This document shows, piece by piece, positions 1-12,326 of a DNA stretch of 60,000 nucleotides. Positions within the stretch are counted from its first letter, which is position 1; every line of letters begins with the position of its first letter. Below the pieces are notes generated by a model that was not told where the DNA came from, did no database searches, and was given only the letters and a program-made list of their open reading frames with translations. This DNA comes from Lama glama (Eukaryota). Where the stretch lies: NCBI GenBank assembly GCA_028534125.1, contig CM052818.1, positions 3,846,001-3,906,000 of the forward strand. Direction: 5' to 3'. A program made the translations under genes and the position numbers.

Positions 1-94
1 TCATGTCCTTAAGCCTTACTTTTCTCATCTTTAAAACGGAGATAATAATATTGTCTACCCTATAGATTTGTTATAAGGCTTACAATGAGATATT
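1..94 (+). mobile_element. MIR fragment, interrupted by L1 and continuing to about 540
   Basis: MIR core-like ttttctcatctttaaaacggagataataata...ttgttataagg. Confidence 0.7.
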
Positions 95-490
95 TTAAAA
101 ATTGATGTACATAGTCAGTTTATGATATGTCAATTATTTCTGGTGTACAGCACAGTGATTCAGTCATACACATACATACATATATTCCTTTTCATATTCT
201 TTTTCAGCATAGGTTACTACAAGATATTGAATATAATTCCCTGTGCTATACAGAAGAAACTTGTTGTTTAATCTATTTTATAGATAGTAGTTAGTATCTG
301 GAAATCTTGAACAACCAATTTATTCTTTCCCACTCCCTCCCCCTCCGCCGGTAACCATGAGATTGTTTACTATGTCTATGAGTCTGCTTCTGTTTTGTAG
401 ATGAGTTCATTAGTGTCTTTTTTCTTTTTTAGATTCCACATATAAATGATATCATATGGTGTTTTTCTTTCTCTTTCTGGCTTACTTCGC
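95..490 (-). mobile_element. L1 3'-end fragment (artiodactyl/camelid type)
   Basis: Typical antisense L1 3'UTR (tattccctgtgctatacag, tagattccacatataa). Near-perfect TSD tacaat(g/t)agatatt at 81-94 and 491-504. Confidence 0.9.
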
Positions 491-2689
491 TACAATTAGA
501 TATTGAAGATACTTGTCTCATAGAAAGCATTCATTAAATCTTATCAATGATCATGATAAAGTCATTAAAGGGATACTAGAGTGAGGCTCTGTAGAAAGGT
601 GGAGATGAATGTAAGGCTGAGTAACTTGACAAGCATGGATCTACCGTCTTCCATTCTGTGCTCCTCCAGCCTCACTTCCCCCTTTCCCTCTGGCTTCTAT
701 GTTTGATGGTCCAACACTCCACCGAAGCTGCTTCGCTAAGGCTGCCCACAGCATCCCGAGTGCCAGATGCCTTGGTCCCCTGTGGGCCTCATTGCACCTG
801 ATGCTTCTGAGTGGCAGATGGGCTGGTCCTCTCCCTTCGGCACGACCTTTGGCTCCCCCCGCTCCTTCCTACCTCTCTGATGAGCCCTTTTCAGCCTCTT
901 CTGCTCCCCTCTCTGCCTCCACTTGACGCAGCAGTGTCCCCCCTCTTCCAGTCTCACCCCTCAGGCTGAGGGCTCACCCTGACTACTCTCACCCGGTCCC
1001 ACGGGTCAGGTTTCCCACCAGCCTGGGAACCCTCCGCCAGACTTTATCAGCTGACACTTACAGACAGCTTTTTTTTCACATGAAATTGACACATCTTGAC
1101 CATAACATGAGACATGTACCAACTCCAGGCTCCCAAACTGTACTGCAGCCTCAGACAATCAGTATCTTCCAATCCACAAAGGCTGGCGAACTGGGAGCTC
1201 TATGTAAATGCCCACTTTTGATTCTTCCTAAACAAGAAGACTGTGCCAGGAGGCTTTTTGAGGTCATCATTCTAAGCACCTCGGAGCACGGGCTTTGTGG
1301 CTGTTTTTTTGCAGGGGTTGGGGGCAGAGAGCAGCTGTGTCTTCTCTTCTGGTTTGTCTGCCTCAGCCACTTGGCAGTTAGTCAGAGGTCGAGAATTTTG
1401 AGGGTAGTTCCACTTACAGGGCTGTTAGAGACTAACACTAATGTTTTATACGGTAAAATACATGGTAAATATTGTGACCCACGCTTCCCCTCAAATGAAA
1501 TAAACTAATGCATAACTTGGAAACTTTCCCTACACAGACACACAGTGAATTTTTTTCCTCCTTTTTCTTTTGGTCTTTGTTTAAAAAATGTGTGGAACCA
1601 TTCTAAAAAGTAGCCAAACAGGGACAAAAAAAGTCTGTTCAACATCAAGGGTACATTTGACAATACTTTAGCCTTCGGTATCTAAACGAGGCTACAGCCA
1701 GCTCTATCCAGCACAGTTTCACGACTGAATGCTGTTTGATTACAAGGTCAAGGTGCTTAAGGCCAAGGATGACAGGTTGGCCCAACAGAAAATGAACAGA
1801 AGACCACCCCTCACCCCAGCCCGACCGGAGCACTGTAAACAATGCAGGCCGGGCTGGCTCTCTTGCAGAGAACAGCGGTCTGCTGGGCCAGCTGGGTTCT
1901 GGCTCTTGTCCTTTGGCTGTCATTTCTGTCATTGCCAGTCACATGGAGGAGCTACTGGAAAAGGAGAAAAATCATTTCTCTGAAGGCTGCAAACCTTCCA
2001 GCAAGCCTGAAAACAGCCCTGGTTTTAATCTTTCTGGTGGCCGTCCATCGGGGCATTACTTAACTTGCCTAAAATGGTCGGCCCCAATTTAATGAGAAGC
2101 ACGGGATGGCTGTAAACCCAGGGGGGTGAAAACCGAGCAAAGAAAAATTCAGGCCAAATATCGGAAAATGTCCTGATCATGAGACAGGAATGAGGAAAGG
2201 GTGAAGTGTGGTCAGTGTGGCCAGTGCTTTAAATTAGCCTGGGCGATGGCTGGGAGCAGCCTGCTGCGGACTCCTTCCCCCGATGGGCTCCCGCGGGGCG
2301 TGCTTAGGCAATGCGCTCTCCCGCTTCCCTGCTTCTCAAATCTATTTCCTGGGATGCATGAAAAAGTGAGTCCAATGCAACACGTTTGAAGGTGTGTGTG
2401 ATTCTGATCACCTTCACTGGGGGACCAGAACTCCTCCCAGTACCTCCTGAAAGTTTTGCACTGAGCGGAGGTGTCTTCCCTGTTGATAGCAGGGGTCGGG
2501 GTGGGCAGAGAGTGGTGCCCCGATCCACTCTCTGTGTTTCTCTGCTTTCCTGGCTCTCTGCCTTGGAAGCCTGACCTCTGCACATGGCATCATCTCACTT
2601 CCTTTTGGTTTGGCCAACAGGTGGTCCCAGAAGGCGACGAGAAGGGAAGATGGGGGAGAGGCTGGTCCCTCCCTGATCCCCATCTCCAA

Positions 2690-2870
2690 CAGCAGCTGCA
2701 TTCTTGTAGGCTAGACAGAGGGATTTATATTTTAGGCTTTGTAAGTCAAGAGACAAACTCAAGGATATTATGTAAGTGCTTATATAACCATTTAAAAATA
2801 TAAAATCCATCCTTAGCTTGTGGGTCATATCAAAACAGGGGGCAGGGCAGATTTAGATTGCTGACTCCCT
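2690..2870. mobile_element. hAT-Charlie (MER58-like) DNA transposon remnant
   Basis: aaaatccatccttagcttgtgggtcatatcaaaacagggggcagggcagattt resembles the MER58-family end. Confidence 0.6.
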
Positions 2871-4005
2871 CTCTATGGCCACAGCTCCCACTGGGTGGCC
2901 TCTGCTCAGGGTGCAGCTCTCACTGGCTCCAGTAATGCCCTCTCCCCTCCTCGCCCTACAGGTCTAGGAATGGAGCAGCTCGCACTGTGATGAGTCCCCG
3001 GATGCCTCACCATTGCCGAGGGTTCTCTGAACGCTGCCCACACTGGTGTTAGTTCAACCCTTTTGAGTGTGCCTTCTGCTTCCCACCAGGACCATGACAA
3101 ATCCAGCAAGAGGGTTCAGCAAAGGGAAGCAGAGTTTATGGTACAGTGTGAGGCTGAAGGCTTTGCCCAAGGTCTAGCGGATGTGTGTAGACACTGCGGC
3201 CAGAATGAGGTTTATCGTGGACCATGCATTGGGTCCAACAGTACGGAAACCGTTCATTATTAGACACAGTACATTTGTGGACCAAGGTATACATCACGCC
3301 TTTTCAACTCCTTTCTGTGATTCCAGTCTGAAACTGTCTTGTTTCTGCGCTTCCCTCACCCACCTGGCCTTTTTCTCTCCTCTTCTCAAAGAGATGGCAA
3401 GAAGAATGTCACCTTCCTTGGCCCGAGAGTACTAAAGTGACCTGTGTAGGTCACAGGAGAAAGTCTCCCCAGCCTGACACTCTGGGAGTGGTTTCATAAT
3501 TACACCCCACGCCTCAGCTCTTTTAACAAGAGATGGTGGAATCACTCCTCCGCGCCAGGTGCAATGCTGTTTACTGGTGAGTCAAAGATGACTTAAACAT
3601 AGCTGGTGCCTCCAGGGGGTCAAATCTGGTGGAGGGAAGACTCATAAACAGGAGTCACCACACCAAGAGCCCTGGTACATCTCCTCCCTGGGGGAGCGCA
3701 CGGAGACTTGGTGCGAGCTGCTCCACCAGCAAACCAGCGAGAGAAGCATTCACGTTTTCTCACGTCCTCACGGGGCGTCCTGCTGAGGCGCTGCGCGAGC
3801 CCACTGGCACCACACGTGCTTTTTTCACACCTGGCTTTTTTTGGTGATTCCTTGACACTCGGGTGTCCAACCACTTAACGTTATTCCAGCAGCCGTGTTT
3901 GTGGGAATGATGGACTCATGCGAAGCCTAACCACGTGGTCTCTGTGCTGAGACTCCTCTGGAAGCCTGGCTGGAACTTTTGGTGGCAACTTCTTAAATGG
4001 GTTGG

Positions 4006-4138
4006 CTAAAACCCAGGTCGCTGCGCCTCACCCCCAAAATTGCTAGATCTGGGTTGAAGCCTGAGAATAATGTGCGTGTCTAAGAAGTTTCTGGGGGATA
4101 CAGATGCTGCCGGTCCAGGGACCACACTTGGAGAACCG
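4006..4138. mobile_element. MER5A-like hAT remnant
   Basis: gatgctgccggtccagggaccacacttggagaacc terminal motif. Confidence 0.75.
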
Positions 4139-4145
4139 GGGCACG

Positions 4146-4163
4146 CACATACACACACACACA

Positions 4164-4192
<29 letters not shown>
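4146..4192. repeat. (CA)n microsatellite, imperfect
   Basis: Directly visible. Confidence 0.95.
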
Positions 4193-4194
<2 letters not shown>

Positions 4195-4409
4195 GAACGA
4201 GGCTGAGGAGCAGGGGCTGCAAAGGGAGCAGTAACTGGGGCAACAGAGGGGTATCACTTAGGAAGTCTGGATGTGAAATTTGAAAAGGGAGGCATTTGGG
4301 AAAATAGGAGTTTCACTTGGTGAGAAAACGAGGGCAGGTTCTGAGGGCCAGGGAGTCTTTGAAAGCCTTTGTATGACTGAATCATTAGGTTTTGGGAATT
4401 TGCATTTTT

Positions 4410-4587
4410 AGTTTTTTTATGTTTTGGAGAGGTGACTTGTTATCGACCACATCTTTCTTTTTTTTTGGAGGGCAGAGGGTGGGGCTAGGTTTTTATTTAT
4501 TTATATTTTAACAGAGATACTGGGGATTGAACCCAGGACCTCGTGCGTGCTAAGCATGTGCTCCACTGCTGAGCTCTACCCTCCCCC
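4410..4587 (-). mobile_element. Camelid tRNA-derived SINE (Vic-1 type) inserted in a MER5-like remnant
   Basis: tactggggattgaacccaggacctcgtgcgtgctaagc...gagct (antisense B and A boxes). Imperfect TSD tgggaattt(gc/at)atttt at 4393 and 4588. Confidence 0.88.
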
Positions 4588-5427
4588 TGGGAATTTATAT
4601 TTTCAAAGCCCTCCCAGGTGATTCTGATTCTCAGTCAAGTCTGAGAACCTCCACAGATTCAAGATCTGGTAGTACCTGGCGCACAGTAGGTGCACAGCCA
4701 ACACTCATCACACTGATACTAATTCCAAGTGGGTGTTGAGAGTGTTTTCCGATTTCTTAATTTAGTTGTTTCATATCCTCACTTATTTCATAAAACTCGG
4801 TCCCAAACTGCCAGTTAATGGACAAATAACACGCTCTCCAGTAGAAGAAGAAGCAGAAACTGGCTTCTTCCAATAGCAGGAGTGTTTTCTCAACGTCCAT
4901 GATGACAGAAACGAAAACCTGGCTTGAACCAAATATGTTGTTTGTATTAGTCACAAGGTACAGATTCCTGAACGTGACACAATAGAAAATTCCCTTCTTC
5001 AGCTTGGAGATTCAGTTCGGCTCCTTCCTGTCTGCGCATGCATGCACGCCACTGCATGGTCCGCATTAGAAAAGAATTAGGAGCAGACAGCTGTTCTGCT
5101 ACATTTTGCCCACATCTTCCCAGAGTTCAACCCATCGCCCTGGGGAGGGAGGGCTTATCTTAAAAAAGAATCTCACCGCTGTAAACAAGACAAACCCAAG
5201 CGAAAACGCACCGCAATTAGTACGAACATGAGCTGGCTCTGCTGAGCAGAGAACGACCAACAAAGTTTGCGTTCTGCTGTTTCAAAGGGTTACTTCTTTT
5301 GATTTCATAGAAGGGCTGCTCTAAAATTAGCAAATGACTCAGAGAGTGATGAGCATTATTTTTGTTGTCATTGGAAGAAGAGGAAGGCCATATGTGTGTG
5401 TAATGTGGGGTGGTGACGAGAGCTGGC

Positions 5428-5528
5428 TTTTATTTATTTTTGGAGGCACTGGGGATTGAACCCACGACCTTGGTGCATGCTGAGTGCGTGCTAAGCACGC
5501 ACTCTAGTACTGAGCTATACTCTCTCCT
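5428..5528 (-). mobile_element. Camelid SINE (Vic-1 type) with a short internal tandem duplication
   Basis: ggggattgaacccacgacc...gtgcatgctga-gtgcgtgctaa-gcacgcactcta...tgagctatac. Confidence 0.88.
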
Positions 5529-6380
5529 CTAATAGAGTCAGCTCTTATACTGAGCCTTTCACCTGAGGCCTTGGAGTCGCCACAATTCTGTTCACAGCAC
5601 CAAAACAGAGGCTGGAGACCCGAGCTGGAGCCTTGGGTTCCAGACCTGGGCAGAGCAAGGACTCTCCCTTGCTCAGTTTTTCCTGGTAGTAAGTGAGGAA
5701 GTGGGGACAGATTCTGTCAGTCTTCTCAGCTATAATTTTCTCATGCTCTCTGACAATTGGCACAGTACAGGTGCTTATGGGCAAGACCAAAGAGCAAGGG
5801 TGTTGAATGAATCACGTGGATTCAAAGACATCTGCATCCAAGAGAAAGAGAAAAGAAGCCTTCGAGATGCATGAACTGCCTCTTATGCCTTAAATTTCCC
5901 AATAAGCCAAAGAAGGTTTTCATCAAGCTCTGAGTCTGTGTTGGGAAGAGAGGTCCTAGAGAAATAAGGGGTTTTGCTCACAGCCAGGAAGAGTAAGTCC
6001 TAGATCCATGGCCATCGCAATCCAGTGGCGTGTCCTGATACATCAGCGTACGGCTTGAACAGAGGGGAAGGGGCTTATGACCAGGAAGAGAGGTCAGGCA
6101 CTGAGGAGGATCCTGCCACTGCTGTTAGACTGTGGAACTGCCCACCATTGAAGTTACCAGATGTTTTTGAAATTTGTACCCATCCTCTGGGGTTACTGCC
6201 TGAGCACTTTCTCCTGGTCCACCCTCATTCCGCCACTTTGCCACGGTGACTTCAAAAAGCCCGGCTCTCATTCTCATACTGTGGAAACTGACAAAGCACA
6301 CACATGCTTTCAAGTCCATGATTTTAGACATTCATGTCTTTGCAATAAGTTGGAGTTTGGTTTGATACTTTATCATCTCA

Positions 6381-6626
<246 letters not shown>

Positions 6627-6759
6627 CTAAAATACATAACATACAAAACCCCCAATGACAAAATTAAATAGGATGCCCCTGGAGCGTGGGGTCACAGAGA
6701 CCTGTACGATGCACAAGGTGAGGGCCACCCAGTCCTCAGTTCATTTGTTTTTGGGGTTT

Positions 6760-6910
6760 TTTAAAGTTTATCTACTTATTTTATTTAATTTTTTTGAGGA
6801 GTGGTAATTAGGTTTATTTATTTATTTTTAGAGGAGGTACTGGGGATTGAACCCAGGACCTCATGCATGCTAAGCATGCACTCTACCACTTGAACTAAAC
6901 CCTCCCCCCT
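6760..6910 (-). mobile_element. Camelid SINE (Vic-1 type) in intron 15, sense to ANTXR1
   Basis: ggtactggggattgaacccaggacctcatgcatgctaagcatgcactctaccacttga with an AT-rich tail. Confidence 0.92.
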
Positions 6911-7321
6911 CCCTTGGGTTTTGAGGGCCAGGGAAGAGGGGGAGGTGCAGAAAAAGGGGAAGGGGCGGGCTGAAGGAGCAGAGAGAGCAAGCCAGGGGCA
7001 TGGGTATTTGGGGAAGAATTGTCCAAGCTGTGGGGACAGCAAATGTGAAGGCTTTGGAGGCCCCGGCAAGAATTTTGGGTTTTATTCTCGTGAGAGAAGA
7101 AACCACTGGGGGGTTTGAGCCGATGAGCAAACTGCTCTGACTCACGGTGGGCAGGACATGGGGGTGCACAGGTAAATGGCCGGACCTGCCATCTCCCCAT
7201 CTGATGCTTCACAGTTCACATCCCCGTTAGACCTCACGTGTGAATGTTCACCATTCCGCCTTGCTTTTCGGTGGCTGAGTAGTCAGCACGCAGCGATGAG
7301 TGCACAAAGCTGTCCTCTTAC

Positions 7322-7417
7322 CTCCATTCTTTTAATGCCTCCGACACCTCGCCCGCCGTAATAAGAGGCATCCACTGTTGGCCACTTTTTCTTAGGCAGA
7401 CCGTCATCGTCTTCTTC
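7322..7417 (-). CDS. ANTXR1: ANTXR1 coding exon 15 (96 bp): [32 protein letters not shown]
   Basis: CAG acceptor at 7420-7418 and GTAAG donor at 7321-7317. Peptide lies within ORF 7283..7486. Confidence 0.97.
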
Positions 7418-7619
7418 CTGCAGAGAGATTGTGACACATGAAGGAAGCAAAACAGCACTGCTGGTTGGACGTGTCCACCACGGCAAAGTGGACGGGAGCA
7501 GACCGCCTGCGTTAACTCCCCGCGCTACTGCTTCCTGAACCCATCTAAGCTGATTTTCCTTCCCTGAGAAGAGGGAGTAAGAGCAGCACTACCTGGTTAG
7601 TTGTGGCGCGATCCTGGGA

Positions 7620-8165
7620 CCCGTTTTCTCCTGCAGCTCTGCTCCTTTACAAGGGATCTCGTCTAATCCCATCTACGTGCTGATGATTTGCGAATTTGTA
7701 TCTTCATCCCTGACCCCTTTGCACTCTGCTCACTAGACACCAACATCTCCTCCTGGGGAACCAATCAACATCTCCACGATGCCTTGTCCAAAGGAGGTCC
7801 CGATTTCCCCACCTCAGACCTGCTCCCCCTCAAATAGTCTGTCTCGGGACCTGTGCACAAGCCGTCCCCTTGTTCAGAAATGACTTTTCCCCCAGTCTTC
7901 TCATGGCTGGATCCTTCTTATCGCTCCTCAGAGAGGCCTTCCCTAGACATTCTTCTCAAACGGCCCCAGTCTCTTCATCCCATCAATCTGTTGTAGTTTT
8001 AGTTACAGCTCTTTTAACATGGCTGGATATTTATTTATTGCCTCTCTCTCCACACTGGGGTGAAAGTCCCAAGGAAGCTTCTGTTCACTTGTCACTTGTA
8101 TTCTCAGCTTTTGGACTAGCACCTAATACATGGTAGATGCCCAAGAATTCTCCGCTGAATTTACT
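7620..8165. mobile_element. L2 remnant
   Basis: ctcctcagagaggccttccct and tagcacctaatacatggtagatgcccaagaat motifs. Confidence 0.65.
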
Positions 8166-8959
8166 AATGAGTAAGATGATTCAAATAAAGCATTTAACTC
8201 AGTGTCTGCAACTTAGCTCAGTGATAGGAAGTTAGCACTTATTCTATTTTTTAAGATGGAGGGAGGAAACAAGAGGATGGAAAAGGGAAGGATAATTAGC
8301 AATTCTGCTCCTCTTCTTGGCATTATAATTATTCTTATTGGGGGTAGAAAAAACCCAGCTATCTACAGTCATGGACAGGGTACAGAGGGGTGGCATAATT
8401 CCCCTCCTGGGGAGAGGAAGGAAGCTGAAAAAGGGGTCTGCAAAACAGAAGGCTGCATCCTACAGCCTTGTATTGGAGGCATTTGGGGCGGCAGCGTGGA
8501 GTCCCATGTGGGGCAAACTGGACAGAAAGGGATATCCCGTGCCTGGAGCAGGGTACGAAGCAAGGGCCGGCAAAGGAGAGATCAGAGCCAGAGGTGACGA
8601 AACAAAATAGTAACACATAACACATTAAGACGCCCAGGATGAGCTGGTGTGCTTGCAATAAGCAGGCTTCTATATGAACATTAAAAAAAATTAATGTATC
8701 TTAAAGGACAGTGTTCACAGCTGACCAGAGGACTTGTAACACCCTGGCAGCTGGCCAGAATGGGTCAGTCTCTCTTTGTGTGTGTGTCTCTCTCTTCTTG
8801 AATGTGTGGCTGTGAGCCCCGAAGCAGTGGATTCTGTTGTCCTTTGTATTCTGAGTCTTGCACAGAGCCCGGTGCACAGTAGGTGCTCAATAATTGTAAA
8901 TGTTGAATTGGTGAGAACCACAGCTGGACTTATGTAGCCTTTACCATGTATGTGCTGGT

Positions 8960-9115
8960 CACTCTGCTGAGCTCTTGACATGCATCAACCCAGCCATCTC
9001 ACAAACAGCCAGTGAGGTAGGTGGTGCTGTTCTGCCCATTTCAGAGAGGAGGACTAGAGAGGTTAAGTGACTTAGTCACCCAGCTTGTGTGTAGCTGGAT
9101 TCGAGCCCAGGCCAC
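8960..9115 (-). mobile_element. MIR
   Basis: cccatttcagagagga...gaggttaagtgactt...ggattcgagcccagg. Confidence 0.75.
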
Positions 9116-9614
9116 TGCACTCTTGTTTGTTTCTCAGTGTCGACAAAGTTCTGGGTTTTGTCCTTTCATGCTTTGCTCTTCCAATCATTTGATGCTTTCA
9201 AATAAATGCTACTTTTCTATTTCTCATCCCTTGTAGCTGCTAATTTTGAAGACTTATGACTACAAAACATGTCAAAATAATAAAAAACAAGCAAAAAAAA
9301 AAGCAAGAAAATACTACAGTTCACAGTATTTCACCTTCTGATATAAATTCAGAAACTTAGGATGCCAACAAGGAAGCTTAGCTATCTTCCATCTATGGTT
9401 AAACTTTACCACCACAGTGTGTCATATATGAAAAAAGCCTGAGCTGCCCGTCTAGTGCAGATTTCAAAGGACTTAACGGAAAGTGAGTCACCCTGAACTC
9501 CAACACAGCAGCACCGAGAGTGTAAGGAACTCCAAGAACAAAGCTGCTCTATTCAACAGGGGGCTGCAATTGTCTCGTAAGTCTTCTCGTTTTTTAAATG
9601 ACAGGAGCAACAAA

Positions 9615-9950
9615 CGTTAGCGACCCTGAGCCCTTTCCTTGCACAGAAGAGGACCCTGGGACCCGGAGAAACGAGGAGATGAGCGCAGCGAGGTTCTGAT
9701 CTGGCTTGCTGACTTCTTGTCCGGGGTTCTCTCCAGACTCGCGCGCGGAGGTGCCCTGCCTCCCATCTCTTCCCCGACCCTGTCCCCGCTCCCCGCCCTG
9801 TGTCTCCGCGGTACCCCGGGTCCCAAGCCCGGCCAGCCTCCTGCGCATGTGTGGGGCCCGCATCCCACACGGGAGATGCTGAGGCCGGAACCCGCTCCAC
9901 GCGCTCCTGAGCCACCAAGCCTGCCTTTAATCCCCTGACCGGAGCTCGCC
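9615..9950. promoter_or_regulatory. GC/CpG-rich intronic patch, possible regulatory element
   Basis: Locally high CpG density (ctcgcgcgcgg, ccgcgg), a GC box ccccgccc and an NRF1-like tgcgcatgtg. Confidence 0.35.
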
Positions 9951-11962
9951 TGCCAAACTCAAACAACGGCAGCCCAGGGTTTGACCAAAGGGAGAGTCAG
10001 AATTTCCCTGCAGTTACCATGGCTCTGTTTACACATTCTAGAGGGTTTTGCAATCTTCAGAAGAGAAGGGAATCTTTGATGTGTGTGTGTGTGTTTCATT
10101 TGGTCAAAAACTGATGGGGTAAAAATCACAGTCCCCAGCAACTCCACTCACAGTATTGGCAGCATGTGAATCTCGACCTCTAACCAAGCAGACGGGCTTT
10201 GGGGGAAGTCCCCCTCAGACGCCCGTCGAAGGATGTACCAGGGAGCCGAAAACCACCCGGACAGAAATCCTCTGTGATAAATGCAGGACAGACTGGACAA
10301 GCTGAGCTGCTTTGCGTGGGACTCAGGGGCTCCTGGCCAGTCGGTAGAAGCTGAGCAGAAGAGCTCCAGGAAACTGCCAGGGCCCATCTGCGGAGACGAC
10401 CAGGAGAACCTTCCAGAAGGTGGAATGACAAGGATGGTAAAGAGGGCGCTGTTTAATATTCTGTAGGAAGTAATTAACTGGCTGCCCTGTGCTGTGACCC
10501 ACTGGTACTTTGAAGCCTTCAGTAAAGCTCCCTGCACAGATGGCTTTGTGCCACTGCTGCCTTTGGGGGAGTGGAGGAATCTGGTTTGTTCGATGGTATC
10601 TACAAAGCAGAGAAGATAATGCAGAAGAAGCCAGAAGTAGGAGTCAGTGATGCCTGGAGAAACCGCAGAGATTACGGAGGGAGGCTGGTTTCCTCAGGGG
10701 AAGTTATGTTTAAATCTTAAAGGATGTGGTGGCCCCAGCTATCCACTTGGCTGATGTCTGGGTCACACAAGTGGCAGCATATTACTCAGACAGTAGAGGT
10801 ACAGACCCATGATGTGAATAGCGCCCCTGGGAGTTGTGCAAATGGTGACCTTCTGAGATTCAGTCTACAAGTTCTTTAACATTCCTGCTTTTCTGATACC
10901 CATTTGGCCAGCTTGACCTAAATAGGCTCTTAACCCCCAGTTCACTGCGGGTACCAGTGGTACCTCTCAAGGGAAAGGAGAATGTAACTGAAAAAGAATC
11001 GAGCCCAAGGAAATAGTTTTAAATCAGCCTTTGAATGCATTGAGAATTTCATTGAATTGTAACACATCATAAACCCTATGAGAAACCCTCCATAGTCCCA
11101 AACAAGGGCCCCGTATTTGTCCGTTCCTTCCTTCACTCACGCAAGCAACTGGCCTTAAGCCTCCACTGCACGGCGTTATATTTTGAGAAAGATAAAGAGA
11201 ATGCAGCTGTCAACGAGGTCGTTTAAATTTACAGGGGAGTAAGTTTTGTGAGGGCGGTGACATGAACTGAAGGACTAAGGCCACAGAAACTTCCAGGCCC
11301 GAGAGGCTCTGGAAGGCAGACCTCAAGTAGAACTGGCTGTACCATCTCATCTGAAGTCTTTGAGGACAAGCCAGAGAGGTCACCTTCAGTGTCAGTCTTG
11401 GAGAGGAATTCCTAGGAGTGAATCGGCAAGTCAGAAAAACCCAGCCACAAAATACAAAAAATTCCGACTGACTTAACTGACATGTCAGGGCACCATTATA
11501 TTTGTTCACAAACACACAGTGATTAAAGACAAGGCAATGATTGCCTTGTGTTCTTCAATAAAGGATTGTGTGTGTGTGTGTGTTTAAGCAATGTTCTTTT
11601 TTAAACTACTGAATATAGGAGACTGAATTCTGGACTTGTTCTAGGACTTGCGTTTGGAGCATACGTGTGTGTGCAAAAGTGTGTAGTATGTGTGAGTGTG
11701 TCTGTGTGTGTCAGATGTCCATCGGGAAAAAGATGCCTGGCAGTACCTTGGCCCTTCTCCCCTGTGGAGTGGGAGGCTGGTCTGGCTGGCTGTGTAGACA
11801 CAGCTATGAGAGGTACCAGGCCTGGGGGTCTTAGGGAATTCCATCCTCACTCTGTTGCCAATTAGAGAAGACCCTTAACCCCGGAAATGCCCATCTGACT
11901 TGTTAAAACTGAGCTTCCTTGCTTCTGTTGGGAGCTTGAAATTTCCTCCTTCTCTCTCTCTC

Positions 11963-12326
11963 TTTTTTTAAAAAGTTGATTTACAATGTTGTGTTAGTTT
12001 CAGGTGTGCAGCACAGTGATTCAGTTATACATACATATATATATGTGTGTATATATATATATATATATTCTTTTCCATTATAGGTTATTACAAGATATTG
12101 ACTATAGTTCCCTGTGCTAGACAGTAGATCCTTGTTGTTTATCTATTTTGTATATAGTAGTGTATATCTGAGAATCCCAAACTCCTAATTTTGCCCTCCT
12201 CTCCTCTTCCCTTTGGTAAGTTTGTTTTCTATGTCTGTGAGTCTGTTTCTGTTTTATACATAAGTTCATTTATGTCACTGTTTTGGATTCCACATATAAG
12301 TGATATCATATGATGTTTGTCTTTTT
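11963..12326 (-). mobile_element. L1 3'-end fragment with internal (TA)n
   Basis: gttgatttacaatgttgtgttagtttcaggtg...gattccacatataagtgatatcata. Confidence 0.9.
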
